From positions 27,156,001-27,220,000 of the forward strand of contig OX597834.1 of NCBI GenBank assembly GCA_951406725.2: DNA of 64,000 nucleotides. The letters run 5' to 3'. Source of the stretch: Octopus vulgaris. Its lineage: Eukaryota. A program made the position numbers and the translations under genes. Below, piece by piece: positions 11,609 to 28,486 of this stretch. Positions within the stretch are counted from its first letter, which is position 1. Each line of letters starts with the position of its first letter. The notes under the pieces were generated by a model. It ran no database searches and was not told where the DNA came from. It saw only the letters and a program-made list of their open reading frames with translations.

Positions 11609-12500
11609 CGGCGAGCTGGCAGAATCGTAAGCATGCTGGGCAAAATGCTTAGCGGTATTTCGTACGTCTTTGTGTTCTGAGTTCAAATTCCGCTGTGGTC
11701 GACTTTGCCATTCACCCTTCGGAGTCGATAAAATAAATTCCATTTGAGCACTGAGGGTCGGATGTAACCTATTTCTTTATTACCCACAAGGGGCTTAACA
11801 GAGAGGGGACAAACAAGGACAGACATAGGTATTAAGTCGATTACATCGACCCCAGTGCGTAACTGGTACTTAATTAATCGACCCCGAAAGGATGAAAGGA
11901 AAAGTCGACTTTGGCGGAATTTGAACTCAGAACGTAACGGCAGAGGAAATACGGCTACGCAATTCGTCCGACGTGCTAACGTTTCTGCCAGCTCGCCGAC
12001 TTACCCCCTCCCTCGAAGTTGCTGGCCTAGTGTCAAAATTTGAAATCACTATTATCATTATTATTGCTACAAGGCGGTGAGATGGCAAAATCGTGAGCAC
12101 AATAGAGATAGGCGTAGCGGCATTTTGTCTGTCTTTACATTCTGAGTTCAAATTTTTCTGAGCTCGACTTTGCATTTCACATTCTTGGGGTTGATTTAAA
12201 GAAATACCAGTTGAGTACTGGGGTCACGTTAATCGACTTACCCTTTTCCTCCAAAAATTTCGAGCCTTGTGTCCAAAGCAGAAACGATGAACTGGCAGAA
12301 TCGTTAGCAAGCCGGGCAAAATGCTCAGCAGCATTTTCCCTGTTGCTACGTTCTGAGTTCAAATTCCGCCGAGGTCGACTTTACCTTTCATCCTTTTGGG
12401 GTCGAGGAAATTAAGTACCAGTGAAATACTGGGATCGATGTAAGTGACTAGTCCCCTCCCACCAAATTTTAGGCCTTGTGCCTTTAGTAGAAAGGATTAT
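11607..12500. mobile_element. Cluster of four SINE B copies, one nested in antisense
   Basis: + copy 11607-12050 is split by a - copy at 11769-11998; further + copies at 12072-12275 and 12285-12500. Confidence 0.85.
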
Positions 12501-12508
12501 TATTATTA

Positions 12509-12573
<65 letters not shown>

Positions 12574-12584
12574 TCTATTATTAT

Positions 12585-12725
12585 AGTTTTTGATTTTTTC
12601 TTTCTTCAAATTTTCTTCCAGTTTTCGCCGGGTGTTTTCCATACACCTAGGGCAGAGAAGCTCATTGTATGCATACCCAGATTACACGCGCAAATTCTCA
12701 GGTAAAATATGTATTAAAAAATATT
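12585..12725 (-). mobile_element. 3' end of a Dong-like element between (ATT)n tracts
   Basis: ttcttcaaattttcttccagttttcgccgggtgttttcc..cctagggcagagaagctcattgtat aligns with 30230-30305, the 3' UTR of the RLE-coding copy. Confidence 0.7.
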
Positions 12726-12803
12726 AATAAATTATGATCATCACCATCATCATCATCATCATTATTATTATTATTTTTATTATTATTATTATTTTTATTA
12801 TTA

Positions 12804-12835
<32 letters not shown>

Positions 12836-13459
12836 TACATTTTACAGCACACAGTGCAACAAAACCTGCATTGGAGGAATTGTATGTATGAGAGATAGTA
12901 GGTAGTTGGTGGCGGGGGCCGCTGGAAGGCGGAATGTTGGGGGGTAGCGAGGGGGGGGGTCGGCGGCGACTCTGCCTTCGGTAATGTTGATAGTAATGGC
13001 GGTAGTGTAGGCGGTAGTAGTGGCGGCGGCGGTGGTGGTGGTGGTATGGTACAAAATATATACCTGTTTACGAAACAAGCCATCTTAGACAGGGACTACA
13101 CAGAGAAAGATGCGTCTGTCTGTTCGTCCTTAAAAAGAACCGATCTTGTTACTGGCACCTGCACATTGTTAAGTGGTTTACAGAGAGGTTTGACCTTACT
13201 TGCCTGCATTGTATTCTCCGAGCACCCCCCAACTCCCTCGTTCCCTCCTCCCTATTCCCCATTCTCTGTGTCTGTCTGTCTGTCGGTGTGTCTGTTTGAC
13301 CCCCACCCACCCACCCACTTCTCTGTCTGTGTGTCTGTCTCTGTTTTGCCTTATTTCAATCAAATTCTTCATTTATCGTAGTGGCATTTTATATTGTACA
13401 ACGTTTTCATTGTTATCATCATATACGCCACATTTTGGGTTGCAGCATACGGCGTGTGT

Positions 13460-13504
13460 CTATGCATGCATGAATGTATACATACATACATACATGCTTA
13501 CAAG

Positions 13505-13556
<52 letters not shown>

Positions 13557-13676
13557 AACACGCAAACACACACATTTATACGGATATACATGTATGTATA
13601 AATATATGTACATATAAATGTATATATACACATACACATATGTGTGCATATATATATATGAAAATGTTTGTATATG

Positions 13677-13721
<45 letters not shown>

Positions 13722-13858
13722 ATCTGTGTGTATTTATCTACCTATATGCATATGTATGTGTAGTGTATACATATGCATGTTTATATGTATGTTTGTATGT
13801 ATGTATATACGTATGCATGTATGTATGTATATATCTCTCTCAATATATATATATATAG

Positions 13859-13904
<46 letters not shown>

Positions 13905-14060
13905 GTGTGCGTGTGTGTCTGTGTGAGGTATGTGAATACATACGTTGTTTATAATACTGATATACAAAGGCTGGCACGCACATGTATTATATGTGTGCAC
14001 ACACAACACAGATGTACACATGCACACACACGCACACACACACACACACACACATGTATC
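13460..14060. repeat. Compound (TA)n/(TG)n/(CA)n field
   Basis: Direct reading. Confidence 0.95.
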
Positions 14061-14382
14061 ATGCCCATATGTGTAGTATCCTTTCCTGCATCAATTCGAT
14101 ACACGCTATGCATGCTCTAAAGTATATTAATAAATACATTTAATTATACAATATTTTAATGAAAATTTATAATGTTGGCGCGAGTCCTCTGGAAGGCGGA
14201 AAACTGAAAATCATTTTTTTATATTGAAATTCAAACACAAAAATCTCATTAACGGTCATGAAAATTACTTATAGAGGAATTAAGGGAGGAAAATCCGTAT
14301 TTTTTTTTTCTTCGAATAACAGAATAATTTCTAATATCAAAATTATGTGAGTGAGTCTGATATTTGGTAACTATGGTGTTAC

Positions 14383-14424
14383 TTCCCAACCTGTTTCGTT
14401 CTCATGGGGCCTCTTCAGCTGAAC
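14383..14424 (-). ncRNA. Degenerate hammerhead-like motif
   Basis: Minus strand CTGAAGA ggccccatgagaac GAAAC ag GTT; stems I and II are poorly paired. Confidence 0.35.
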
Positions 14425-14611
14425 ATAAAACCCCTTCTCGTAACCACCAAGGTTTCAACACAGCTAAGAGATATAATTTATCATATAAAAATATCTTGCT
14501 GATTAGGCAAATTATCAAAATAACGTTAGGGTGCCTTCTGCAAAGGAGATATATAGTTATGTGCAAAACATTTTCAGGAGTTTGTCCTAAAGGTCCATGC
14601 TTGTTACCAGC

Positions 14612-14841
14612 CTCTTTTTACTCTTTTACTCTTTTACATGTTTCAGTCATTTGACTGCGGCCATGCTGGAGCACCGCCTTTAGTCGAGCAAATCGACCCC
14701 GGGACTTATTCTTTGTAAGCCCAGTACTTATTCTATCGGTCTCTTTTGCCGAACCGCTAAGTGACGGGGACGTAGACACACCAGCATCGGTTGTCAAGCA
14801 ATGCTATAGGGACAAACACAGACACAGACACACAAACACAG

Positions 14842-14877
<36 letters not shown>

Positions 14878-15043
14878 ATATATACGACAGGCTTCTTTCA
14901 GTTTCCGTCTACGAAATCCACTCACAAGGCATTGGTCGGCCCGAGGTTATAGCAGAAGACACTTGCCCAAGGTGCCACGCAGTGGGACTGAACCCGGAAC
15001 CATGTGGTTGGTTAGCAAGATACTTACCACACAGCCACTCCTG
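14612..15043 (-). mobile_element. SINE family A, near full length
   Basis: Near-identical to 1395-1805. Confidence 0.92.
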
Positions 15044-15294
15044 ATCCTCTTAATTATTGGAAATTAATTTGGCTTAATTGGGTTATAAATATTCTATTGG
15101 GCAAGTGTCATGTCCATTGCGCACGATGCACTATATACGTGTTTCTATTGCATAGATATCCCGCGATGTGACATCGAGTTGCATCCTGTTGCATCCTGTT
15201 GGCTCAAATGCATCAAAGATGCATGTATCCAAGCTGCTTTATTCAAGGTGTTACCGCTATGGGATTTTTTAAGTATGTATGCATACACGCCCTA

Positions 15295-15611
15295 ATCGAC
15301 TTAATCCGTTTGTTTGTCCTTGTTTGTCCCCTCTGTGTGTAGCCCCTTGTGGGTAGTGAAGAAATGGGTTTCTTATGTTTTCATTATTATTTTTTTAATT
15401 CATTTATTTGTTTCAGTCATTTGACTGTGGTTATCCTGGAGCACTGCCTTTAGTCGAGCAAATCGAATCCAGGATTTATTCTTTGTAAGCCTAGTACTTA
15501 TTCTATCTGTCTCTCTTGCCGAACCGCTATGTGACGGGGACGTAAACACACCAGCATCGGTTGTCAAGGAATGTTGGATGGACAAACACAGACACACACA
15601 GACACACAGAC

Positions 15612-15663
<52 letters not shown>

Positions 15664-16270
15664 GTGTATTAGGTATATGTCTTTTTATCTTTTACTTGTT
15701 CTTAGGTGACTTTGGCAGCAGCCATGCTGGGGCACCGCCATGAAGAATTTTATGTTGAATGAATCCACCCTCAGCATATTATTGTTTTATGGTTGGCACT
15801 TATTCTAGAGGGTCGTATGCCAATGGTTTGGCGGTGCACCAGCATGGCCACTGTCAAATGACTGAATCAAGTAAAAAAAAATAGAAGAATAAAAGAATAT
15901 ATATATGTACATATATACACATACATATATACACATACATAAATATTATATATATATATTTATATATATAATATGTATTTATATACAAATATATTCTTTT
16001 ATTCCTTTGCTTGCTTCAGTCATCTGACTGCGGCCATGCTGGAGCACCTGCTTTAGTCGATCAAATCGACCCCGAGGCTTTGTTGTAAGCTTAGTACTTA
16101 TTTTATTGATTTTTTTCTAAACCGCTAAGTTACGGGGGCGTAAACACACAAACATCGGTTGCCAACCGATGGTGAGGGACAAACACAGATACCACACACA
16201 CACACACACACACACACATACATACGACGGGCTTTAAGTTTCCGTCAACCAAATCCACTCACAAGGCTTT
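15295..16270. mobile_element. SINE debris: B tail (15295-15367 +), A partial copies (15403-15660 -, 15690-15810 -, 15830-15895 +, 15995-16270 -)
   Basis: Recognisable blocks of the A and B consensus. Confidence 0.78.
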
Positions 16271-16358
16271 ATATGGATTGGCCTCACCAGCCACCTCCGG
16301 TCTCATGGCGGCAGTTCCATCAGATGATGTCAGTTGGTCATCTTCGAACCGAAGGACG

Positions 16359-16422
<64 letters not shown>

Positions 16423-16734
16423 GGTTTGGAGATGATTTACAGATATTTTATATTAGAAGAAATGAGGTACTCAGAAATTCGGATGGTTTTATATTTACGG
16501 ATATTCATTTGTATATTACATGTTTTTATACATCATATATCATATATCAGCGCTTTCGTCCATTCTAGTGGAGTCTTATATATATATATATATATATATC
16601 AATGTAGCTGTTTTTCTGTCTCCGTGAATGTAAAATAAGCTTGAAATAAACGCTAAGGAGTTGTATTTAAAATATATCTATCTGTACCCATCCGTCCATC
16701 TTGTTCTCCCTCTTTCTCTGTTTACACCCTCTGA

Positions 16735-18600
<1,866 letters not shown>

Positions 18601-18904
18601 AGCGAAAAATAGAAAGAAAGAAATCTAGTGTTGACTTTACAAACGAGTGTCACACGCTTAACTCTGAGTACGGACCGCAGAAGAGTTTTCTCAGCCTCTC
18701 AGTCCCATAATAAACGACCCCTGTATGTACATACCTCTAACGTATATGTATGTATGTGTGTGTGTGTGTGCAAGTGTGTACCTGCATGCGTATACTCATA
18801 TATGCGCGTATGTGAGTGTGTGTGTGTGTGTATGAGGTGTCTATGTGTATTAAGCGAACTAGGTCACAGCGATCACCTTCTGAGAGAGGGACCTCCATCA
18901 CATC

Positions 18905-19050
18905 ATAATTGTGACGTCATGTCAACGGAGTTAACGAAACTTGTGCGGATCAACTGTTTACGATGGAGTGGGCGTGTCCGTAACGAATATAGCAGAGAAA
19001 GGCTTTTAATGCTTTAACCAATCAGATGTCAAAGATAGGCGGGGCTTTTC
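18905..19050. promoter_or_regulatory. Candidate promoter/enhancer motif cluster
   Basis: TGACGTCA 18912-18919, GGGCGTGTCC 18970-18979, CCAATCAG 19018-19025 and GGCGGGGC 19038-19045 in a repeat-free island. Confidence 0.35.
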
Positions 19051-19232
19051 GTCATGTTGACTTCCAACGGCGATCTTGTTTTCAACTATCTCTGTGAGGC
19101 ATGTGTGTACGTGCATATATACGTGTGTATAAATGTTCATATTATATGCATATAAATACGTATACACACACACACACAGACACATATATGCCTATATATA
19201 TATATATGTGCCTATATGCCTATAGATATGCG

Positions 19233-19310
<78 letters not shown>

Positions 19311-19409
19311 TGTATATATGTACACATCAATGTATGTACATAGCTATATACCTCTATCTATATCCATATGCATGTATATTTGTACGTGTGTATGGTTGAA
19401 TGTATGCAC

Positions 19410-19450
<41 letters not shown>

Positions 19451-19664
19451 ACTCTTTTTATACACACACAGACACACACCCACACTCATATATATATATA
19501 TATATATATAGGTTGACAGAGACACAGACAGGCAGACAGACAGACAGGTAGATAGATAGATTGATAGACAGAGAGACAGAGAGAAAGATCGATCTATCGA
19601 TCGATAGATAGACGGATAGATAGAGAGACAGAGAGACAGGCAGACGGATATATATATATATATA

Positions 19665-19860
19665 TAACGGGAAGCTTTATGAAAATAAACAAAAGACGAA
19701 GGCAGGTGGAGTACAAACAAACAAATGTATTAGGAAATATAAATAAAACAGGTCTTTTATGTTTCGAGCCTACGCTCTTCAACAGAAAGATACACATAAA
19801 AGAAACACGGAGAGAAACAAGGAGAGGAAAAAAATGCGTGCAGAGGCTAGCGATTCAACA
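19665..19860 (-). mobile_element. Family E short element with a minimal hammerhead (probably Penelope-derived)
   Basis: Minus strand tcttt CTGTTGA a gagc gtag gctc GAAAC ATA aaaga at 19753-19790; downstream sequence shared with the copies at 34557, 40635 and 44385; ends in (TA)n. Confidence 0.7.
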
Positions 19861-19862
19861 TG

Positions 19863-19945
<83 letters not shown>

Positions 19946-19961
19946 CAGATAGATTTGTATA

Positions 19962-20070
19962 GGCGCAGGGGTGGCTGTATGGTTAAGAGTTTGCTTCCAA
20001 CGGCACGGTTCGGAGTTCAGTCCCACTTTGTGGTACCTTGGGCAAGTGGCTACTATAAAAGCTTCGGGCC
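19962..20070 (+). mobile_element. SINE family A head, diverged
   Basis: ggcgcaggggtggctgtatgg...gagttcagtccca...cttgggcaagtg. Confidence 0.8.
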
Positions 20071-20077
20071 AAGAGAG

Positions 20078-22610
<2,533 letters not shown>

Positions 22611-22612
<2 letters not shown>

Positions 22613-23015
22613 CTCTCTTTACTCTTTTACTCTTTTACTTGTTTCAGTCATTTGACTGCGGCCATGCTGGAGCACCGCCTTTAGTCGAGTAAATCGACCC
22701 CGGGACTTATTATTTTTGTAAGCCCAGTACTTATTCTATCGGTCTCTTTTTGCCGAACCGCTAAGTGACGGGGACGTAAACACATCAGCATCGGTTGTCA
22801 AGCAATGCTAGGGGGACAAACACTCACACACACACACACACATATATACATATATACAACAGGCTTCTTTCAGTTTCCGTCTACCAAATCCACTCACAAG
22901 GCATTGGTCGGCCCGGGGCTATAGCAGAAGACACTTGCCCAAGATGCCACGCAGTGGGATTGAACCCGGAACCATGTGGTTGGGTAGCAAGCTACTTACC
23001 ACACAGCCATTCCTG
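22611..23015 (-). mobile_element. SINE family A, full length
   Basis: Near-identical to the other young copies. Confidence 0.92.
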
Positions 23016-23238
23016 CATTGTGCATATATACAGGTTTGATACATAAATGCGAGTGCGACAAAATATGTTTTGTTTCGTCACGAACCACCTGACAGTTTTG
23101 CTTAGGTCACTCTCTTAAATAGTTAATATATTGTGAAATATCTCTAATGAACACAAAGTGAATCCAGTGTGTTTATATACACCACACGGTTAGAGTATGT
23201 AACTGATATTTAGCGTACCCTGCCTATATTTTTCCGGT

Positions 23239-23338
23239 TCATTGGTATAACTGTTGAACGTTTGTCATGATCAGAAGATATGGATTTGAGACCCTGAGCA
23301 TCTTTCCGGTATTTTACAATGTCATTTTTGTGTCTATC

Positions 23339-23370
<32 letters not shown>

Positions 23371-23560
23371 TCGGTGTACATGTTTGTGTACACCATGTAG
23401 AATTTGTTTTGTGTTTAAAATATGGTCATGTGATTAAAGAAATTCTCAAGGAATTCATTGGTATAACTGTTGAACGTTTGTCATGATCAGAGAAGATATG
23501 GATTTGAGACCCTGAGCATCTTTCCGGTATTTTACAATGTCATTTTTGTGTCTATCGTAT
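23239..23560 (+). repeat. Direct duplication of ~105 bp
   Basis: ttcattggtataactgttgaacg...gtgtctatcgtatata at 23239-23345 and 23454-23562. Confidence 0.9.
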
Positions 23561-23903
23561 ATATATATATATATATATATATGTGTATGTGTGTGTGTGT
23601 GTGTGTGTGCGTGTGTGCGTGCGTGCGTGCGTGTGTCTGTCTGTCAATATGTGTGTATCTATGTCTGTGAGTCTTTGTGTCTGTGTTTGTCCCACCATCA
23701 CCGCTTGACAACCGGTGTTGGTGTGTTTACGTCCCCGTATATACACCTCTTCTGTATAAAGCAGAAGCAGTGTTCGAATTCCACAGGTGATATATACAAC
23801 TTGGTGCCCTTGAGTGACCCACAGTCCTAATAACTGAAAATAGCAAAAAGACAAGTCACGAATCACAGGCTCGTATTCAGTTTCTGGAACCTTGGGCCAG
23901 GGT

Positions 23904-23962
23904 CCCCCCACCCCACCCCCACCTTACCCCACCCCACCCCCACCTTACCCCACCCCACCCCA
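23904..23962. repeat. (CCCCA)n tract with G-quadruplex potential on the minus strand
   Basis: About ten C4-C6 runs. Confidence 0.8.
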
Positions 23963-24023
23963 CAAGGAACTTACGTCAGCATCAAGATGCACAAGAGCTT
24001 TTAGATGACTTCCCACACGGAGC

Positions 24024-24116
<93 letters not shown>

Positions 24117-24149
24117 TGTGTCTGTTTGTCTATATGTGTGTATCTATGT

Positions 24150-24355
24150 CTGCGAGTCTTTGTGTTTGTGTTTGTCCCACCATCACCGCTTGACAACCGG
24201 TGTTGGTGTGTTTACGTCTCCGCAACTTAACTGTTACCGCAAAAGTGACCGTTAGAAATAAGTTTTGGGGTTGATTCGTTCGACTAAAACCTTTCAAGGC
24301 GGTATTCCGGCATGGGCTCAATCAAATGACCGAAACAAGCGATAGAATAACAGAA
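24150..24355 (+). mobile_element. SINE family A 3' half, diverged (partial duplicate at 23665-23738)
   Basis: gtcccaccatcaccgcttgacaaccggtgttggtgtgtttacgtc occurs at both sites. Confidence 0.8.
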
Positions 24356-24837
24356 TACTAGAATATAGGTGCGAACCTGTCTTTGAGGAAATCTATTAGT
24401 TATCCGTACCTGCAAATAGCCACTGTCCAAGTTACCAATGGTTTATCCAAGGAAAAAGCGGCCATTTTGGGGCCGAAACAGTATGGCATCAGCGGCACTA
24501 CAGTTATTACTGTCAGAAGACAAAAGGGTTGGATCAGCTACCACAAGGTATCTTGCCTACCTCTAGCAGTTCCACCAATCCAACGTTAGGGATTAAGTGG
24601 TAAATTATTTTCGACCCAAAATCAAAGAGGCGCGTGGTCTAATGGTTTGGGTATTAGATTCACGTTCGAGGTTTCGATTCCCAGGCCGTTCGATGCGTTG
24701 TGTTTTTGAGATGTAAACGGGTGACTCTGCGACGGACTGGCGTCCCATTCAGGGGCACTGATGTAATCTCGGTCACTTATATGTCCTGGAAACCTGGTAT
24801 ACCAGTCTTAGCACTCGAGAGAATAATGTCCATGGGT

Positions 24838-24958
24838 TGATGATGATGATGGTGATGATTATGATGATGATGATGAAGATGATGATGATGATGATGATGA
24901 GAGTGACGATGATGAACATTCAAGATGATGATAATGATGATGATGATGGTGGTGGTGG

Positions 24959-24992
<34 letters not shown>

Positions 24993-25079
24993 AATGATGA
25001 TGATGATGATGAGCGTGACGATGATGATGAACATTCAAGATGGTGATAATGATGATGATGGTGGTGGTGGTGGTGGTGG

Positions 25080-25140
<61 letters not shown>

Positions 25141-25266
25141 GACGACGACGACGACAATGATGATGATGATGATGATGATGATGGTGATGATAATGAAGAC
25201 GACGATGACGATGATGATGATGGTGATGACGATGACGATAATGATGACGATGCTGATGCTGATGAC
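24838..25266. repeat. (GAT)n tract with an internal ~113-bp block duplication
   Basis: gtgacgatgatgaacattcaagatg at ~24903 and ~25015. Confidence 0.93.
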
Positions 25267-26054
25267 GGGTGGAAAGGGGTGAGTACAATCCATCATACGA
25301 CTGCCACCACTCTCACACCCCTCCCCCTCCTATTCATCACCAATCATGACACGTGATTTGCTGCTTCGTTCGCAATTAAATCTTACATTTACAAACACAC
25401 CCCAACCCTTCATCCTCTTTCTCCTCGTACCCCCTCCTCTTCTTTTTTTTTCCCACCCAGTCCCACGACAATTTAGAGCAGGAAGGGTCGTATGTACAAA
25501 AACCTTGGAAGAGAGAGAGAGAGAGAAACAAAGAGAGAAAAATAGAGGCCGAGGTGAGGGAGGGGAAACACGAGACATGGTGTGGCGGGTGCGCGGAGAT
25601 GTTGTTCAGAGGAAGGAATTCTGGCCTGTAGAGGATGGTGGGGGTAGAGACAGGAACAGAGAGGGAATTCGGAGGGGACAGAGAAGGGCTGAAGGTCAAG
25701 CCTAGTCTAGCAATCAGAAGAACATTACTTGTTTTTAAATACTCAACCCCAAATTGGTGACCCTCCCTCCTTTTCTTTTTCCTTGAGGTTTTACGTCTGA
25801 GTCATAAAGAACCAAGATTTCGAAATTGGACATAAATTAAGACAAAAAAGAAAAAAAATTCAGAAAAAAAAACAAGACTCTTTTATAGGCGAAAACTTGG
25901 CTCAGTGGTTAAGAAGTTTACTTTCCAACGACGTGGTTTCAGGTTCAATCCCAGTGCATGGAACTTTCTCCTCGATTCCCCGATTATGTCCTGTAGTAAA
26001 GGAATGTTCCTCGATTTAACAAAATTCCCTCTCCTCTGACTGTGACAGATGTAA

Positions 26055-26230
26055 AAATTAAGTACCAGTTACGCACTGGGGTCGATGTAATCGACTTAAT
26101 ACCTATGTCTGTCCTTGTTTGTTCCTTCTATGTTTAGCCCCTTGTGGGTAATAAAGAAATAGGTATTTCTTCCAGCTTTTTAGGTTCTTTCCATCCTTTC
26201 GAGGTTCACAAAATAAAGCACCGGTCATGA
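26055..26230 (+). mobile_element. SINE family B tail joined to a second unit
   Basis: Junction gaaataggtatttc at 26156-26169. Confidence 0.8.
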
Positions 26231-26620
26231 CTATTTGTGGTTACGAGTGGAAGCGTGTGGCATATTTGTTAGGGGCGTTCATGAGCATAATACTTCACTT
26301 CAGGTAGCACCAGTCCACTCAGCTGGCCAAAGTGAGTAACTCTGAGATGGACCAGCACCCCATCCAGGAGGGGAACATATACCCCATGGAAATCGGGATG
26401 ACTCGAAAAGGACACTTTACCTTACCTTTACTTATATGTGGCTACGAAGCTCAGTTTGCGACAATGTGGTTTTTGGTTTCAGTCCTAACATGCATCATCT
26501 TTGGCAAGTGTCTTCTACTATAGCCCCAGGCCGACCAAAGCCTTACGAATGGATTTAACAGATGAAAAGCTGTGCTGAAGTAGTCTATCGTGTGTGCATA
26601 TATATATATATATATATATA

Positions 26621-26964
26621 GTGAAGGCGCATGGCTCAGTGGTTAGAGCGTCGAGCTTACGATCGTGAGGTTGTGAGCTCGAATCCCGGACCGGGCTGCG
26701 TGTTGTGTTCTCGAGCAAGGCACTTTATTTCACGTTGCTCCAGTTCACTCGGCTGTAGAAATGAGTTGCGACGTCACTGGTGCCAAGCTGCATCGACCTT
26801 TGTCTTTCCCTTGGATAACACTGGTGGCGTGGAGAGGGGAGGCTGGTATGCATGGGCGACTGCTGGTCTTCCATAAACTACCTTGCCCGGACTTGTGCCT
26901 GAGAGGGTAACTTTCTAGGTGCAATCCCATGGTCATTTATGACCGAAGGGGGTCTTTACCCTTT
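26621..26964 (+). mobile_element. SINE family C, full length, inside the (TA)n of an old SINE A (head 26455-26590)
   Basis: gaaggcgcatggctcagtggttagagcg ... gaccgaagggggtctttacc. Confidence 0.92.
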
Positions 26965-27088
26965 ATATATATATATAAGATTATGGGATTGTAAGCAAAC
27001 CGACAGCGGTTTCAAGAGATAGTGGGGTGACACGAGCACAAAGACTTACACAAACACGCACGCACATACACACACACATACACACACA

Positions 27089-27135
<47 letters not shown>

Positions 27136-27387
27136 GCACACATACGCACACTGAAACATCCCCGTAACCTAATTATACGGTGAAAGAAATTGATAAAGTA
27201 CTAGACTTAAAAGGCGAAAAAAATGTACTAGGGTCAATTTGTTCGACCAAACCCATCTGGTTACTACTCTCATCTCTTATTGAGATTTCCTAACTAGCTG
27301 CTTTGCTTGTTGCAAATCAGTGACCGATGGTCACTTTATTTTCTATATATATTGCGAACTCTTGCTCTCTCTCTCTAGCGGTCGAGT

Positions 27388-27440
27388 ATTCACGACTGAA
27401 GATGGGCACAAATAGCTCGAAACCGATTCGGTCTCGTAAT
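27388..27440 (+). ncRNA. Type I hammerhead ribozyme, canonical core
   Basis: att-c-ACGA CTGAAGA t GGGC acaaata GCTC GAA ACCG att CGGT C TCGT-aat: stems I, II and III all pair; GUC triplet; predicted cleavage after 27433. Confidence 0.82.
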
Positions 27441-27593
27441 CCCACTGTCTACTGGAGGATGGTAGGGATTCGCTCCCCTTACTGGCAATATATACAGGGT
27501 GCAGACTATACCCATAACCAGGTGGCGGGAGATCTGCCTGGGATTAAAACGATAGAAAATGGAACAGTCATATCGATAAGGCGATTAGCATTA

Positions 27594-27624
<31 letters not shown>

Positions 27625-27735
27625 CAATAATAACAAAGGGTAAAATTAATTAATTAAGAAGTAATCAATAATTTCACCAAATAGAATTCGGTATGAAAAA
27701 GGACCATTTCACGGTAAACTTAAGTAATACTTAAT

Positions 27736-27797
<62 letters not shown>

Positions 27798-27814
27798 GCG
27801 TGTGTGTGTGTGTT

Positions 27815-28130
27815 TAACAACAATAATTCTAGGATAGAATTTATAAATATTTAATGCATCGCTACGTACGTTTCCACAAATCACATGATTTTGACATCAG
27901 AGTCTCTATCCTTTGAATTAGTACAGTATAGTCCAATTATCCGTATTATTGCAGTATCGCCTGATGAAATGAATCAATGATGATGAGCAATCGGATGCCC
28001 AGGGATAATACGGACTACATTGTGCTAATCCCAAAGATACCGACTCATCTCAAAAATCATGTGATTCTTGGAAACGTACGTAGCAATGTATTAAATATTT
28101 ATAAATTTCATCCTAGAATTATTGTTATTA
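27815..28130. repeat. Long imperfect inverted repeat (~130-bp arms), Penelope-like inverted end
   Basis: taacaacaataattctaggat...ctacgtacgtttcc..aatcacatgattttga versus tcaaaaatcatgtgatt..ggaaacgtacgtag...atcctagaattattgtta. Confidence 0.88.
27954..28090 (+). ncRNA. Type I hammerhead ribozyme with ~100-nt stem II
   Basis: gtatcgc CTGATGA(27961) [gaatca-atgat/atcat-g-tgattc, gatgag/ctcatc, tcgg/ccga, gggat/atccc] GAAAC(28071) gtac GTA gcaatgt. Confidence 0.72.
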
Positions 28131-28283
28131 TATTTATCCTATATTATATCGGTATAACCGTGATGCAACACTGAAAAACTGACTCACTAGTCAGTATCAT
28201 TAAACGGTAGCCGGCATAATGAAAAAAGCGCTTTATTAACATACTCCTACCATTGCCTTAAACGAATTTAAAAGATATATATA

Positions 28284-28439
28284 GGCATGGCAGTGTGGTA
28301 AGTAGCTTGCTTAACATCCACATGGTTTCGGGTTCAGTCCCACTGCGTGGCAACTCGGGCCGGTGTCTTCTACTTTAGCCTCAGGCCGACCAAAGCCTTG
28401 TGAGTGGATTTGGTAGACGGAAACTGAAAGAAACCCGTC

Positions 28440-28486
<47 letters not shown>

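Noticed and set aside
13060-13205. Possible minus-strand micro-exon (AG...ATG...CAG|GTATAT)
   Set aside because: Splice-like signals only; no recognisable peptide or partner exon.
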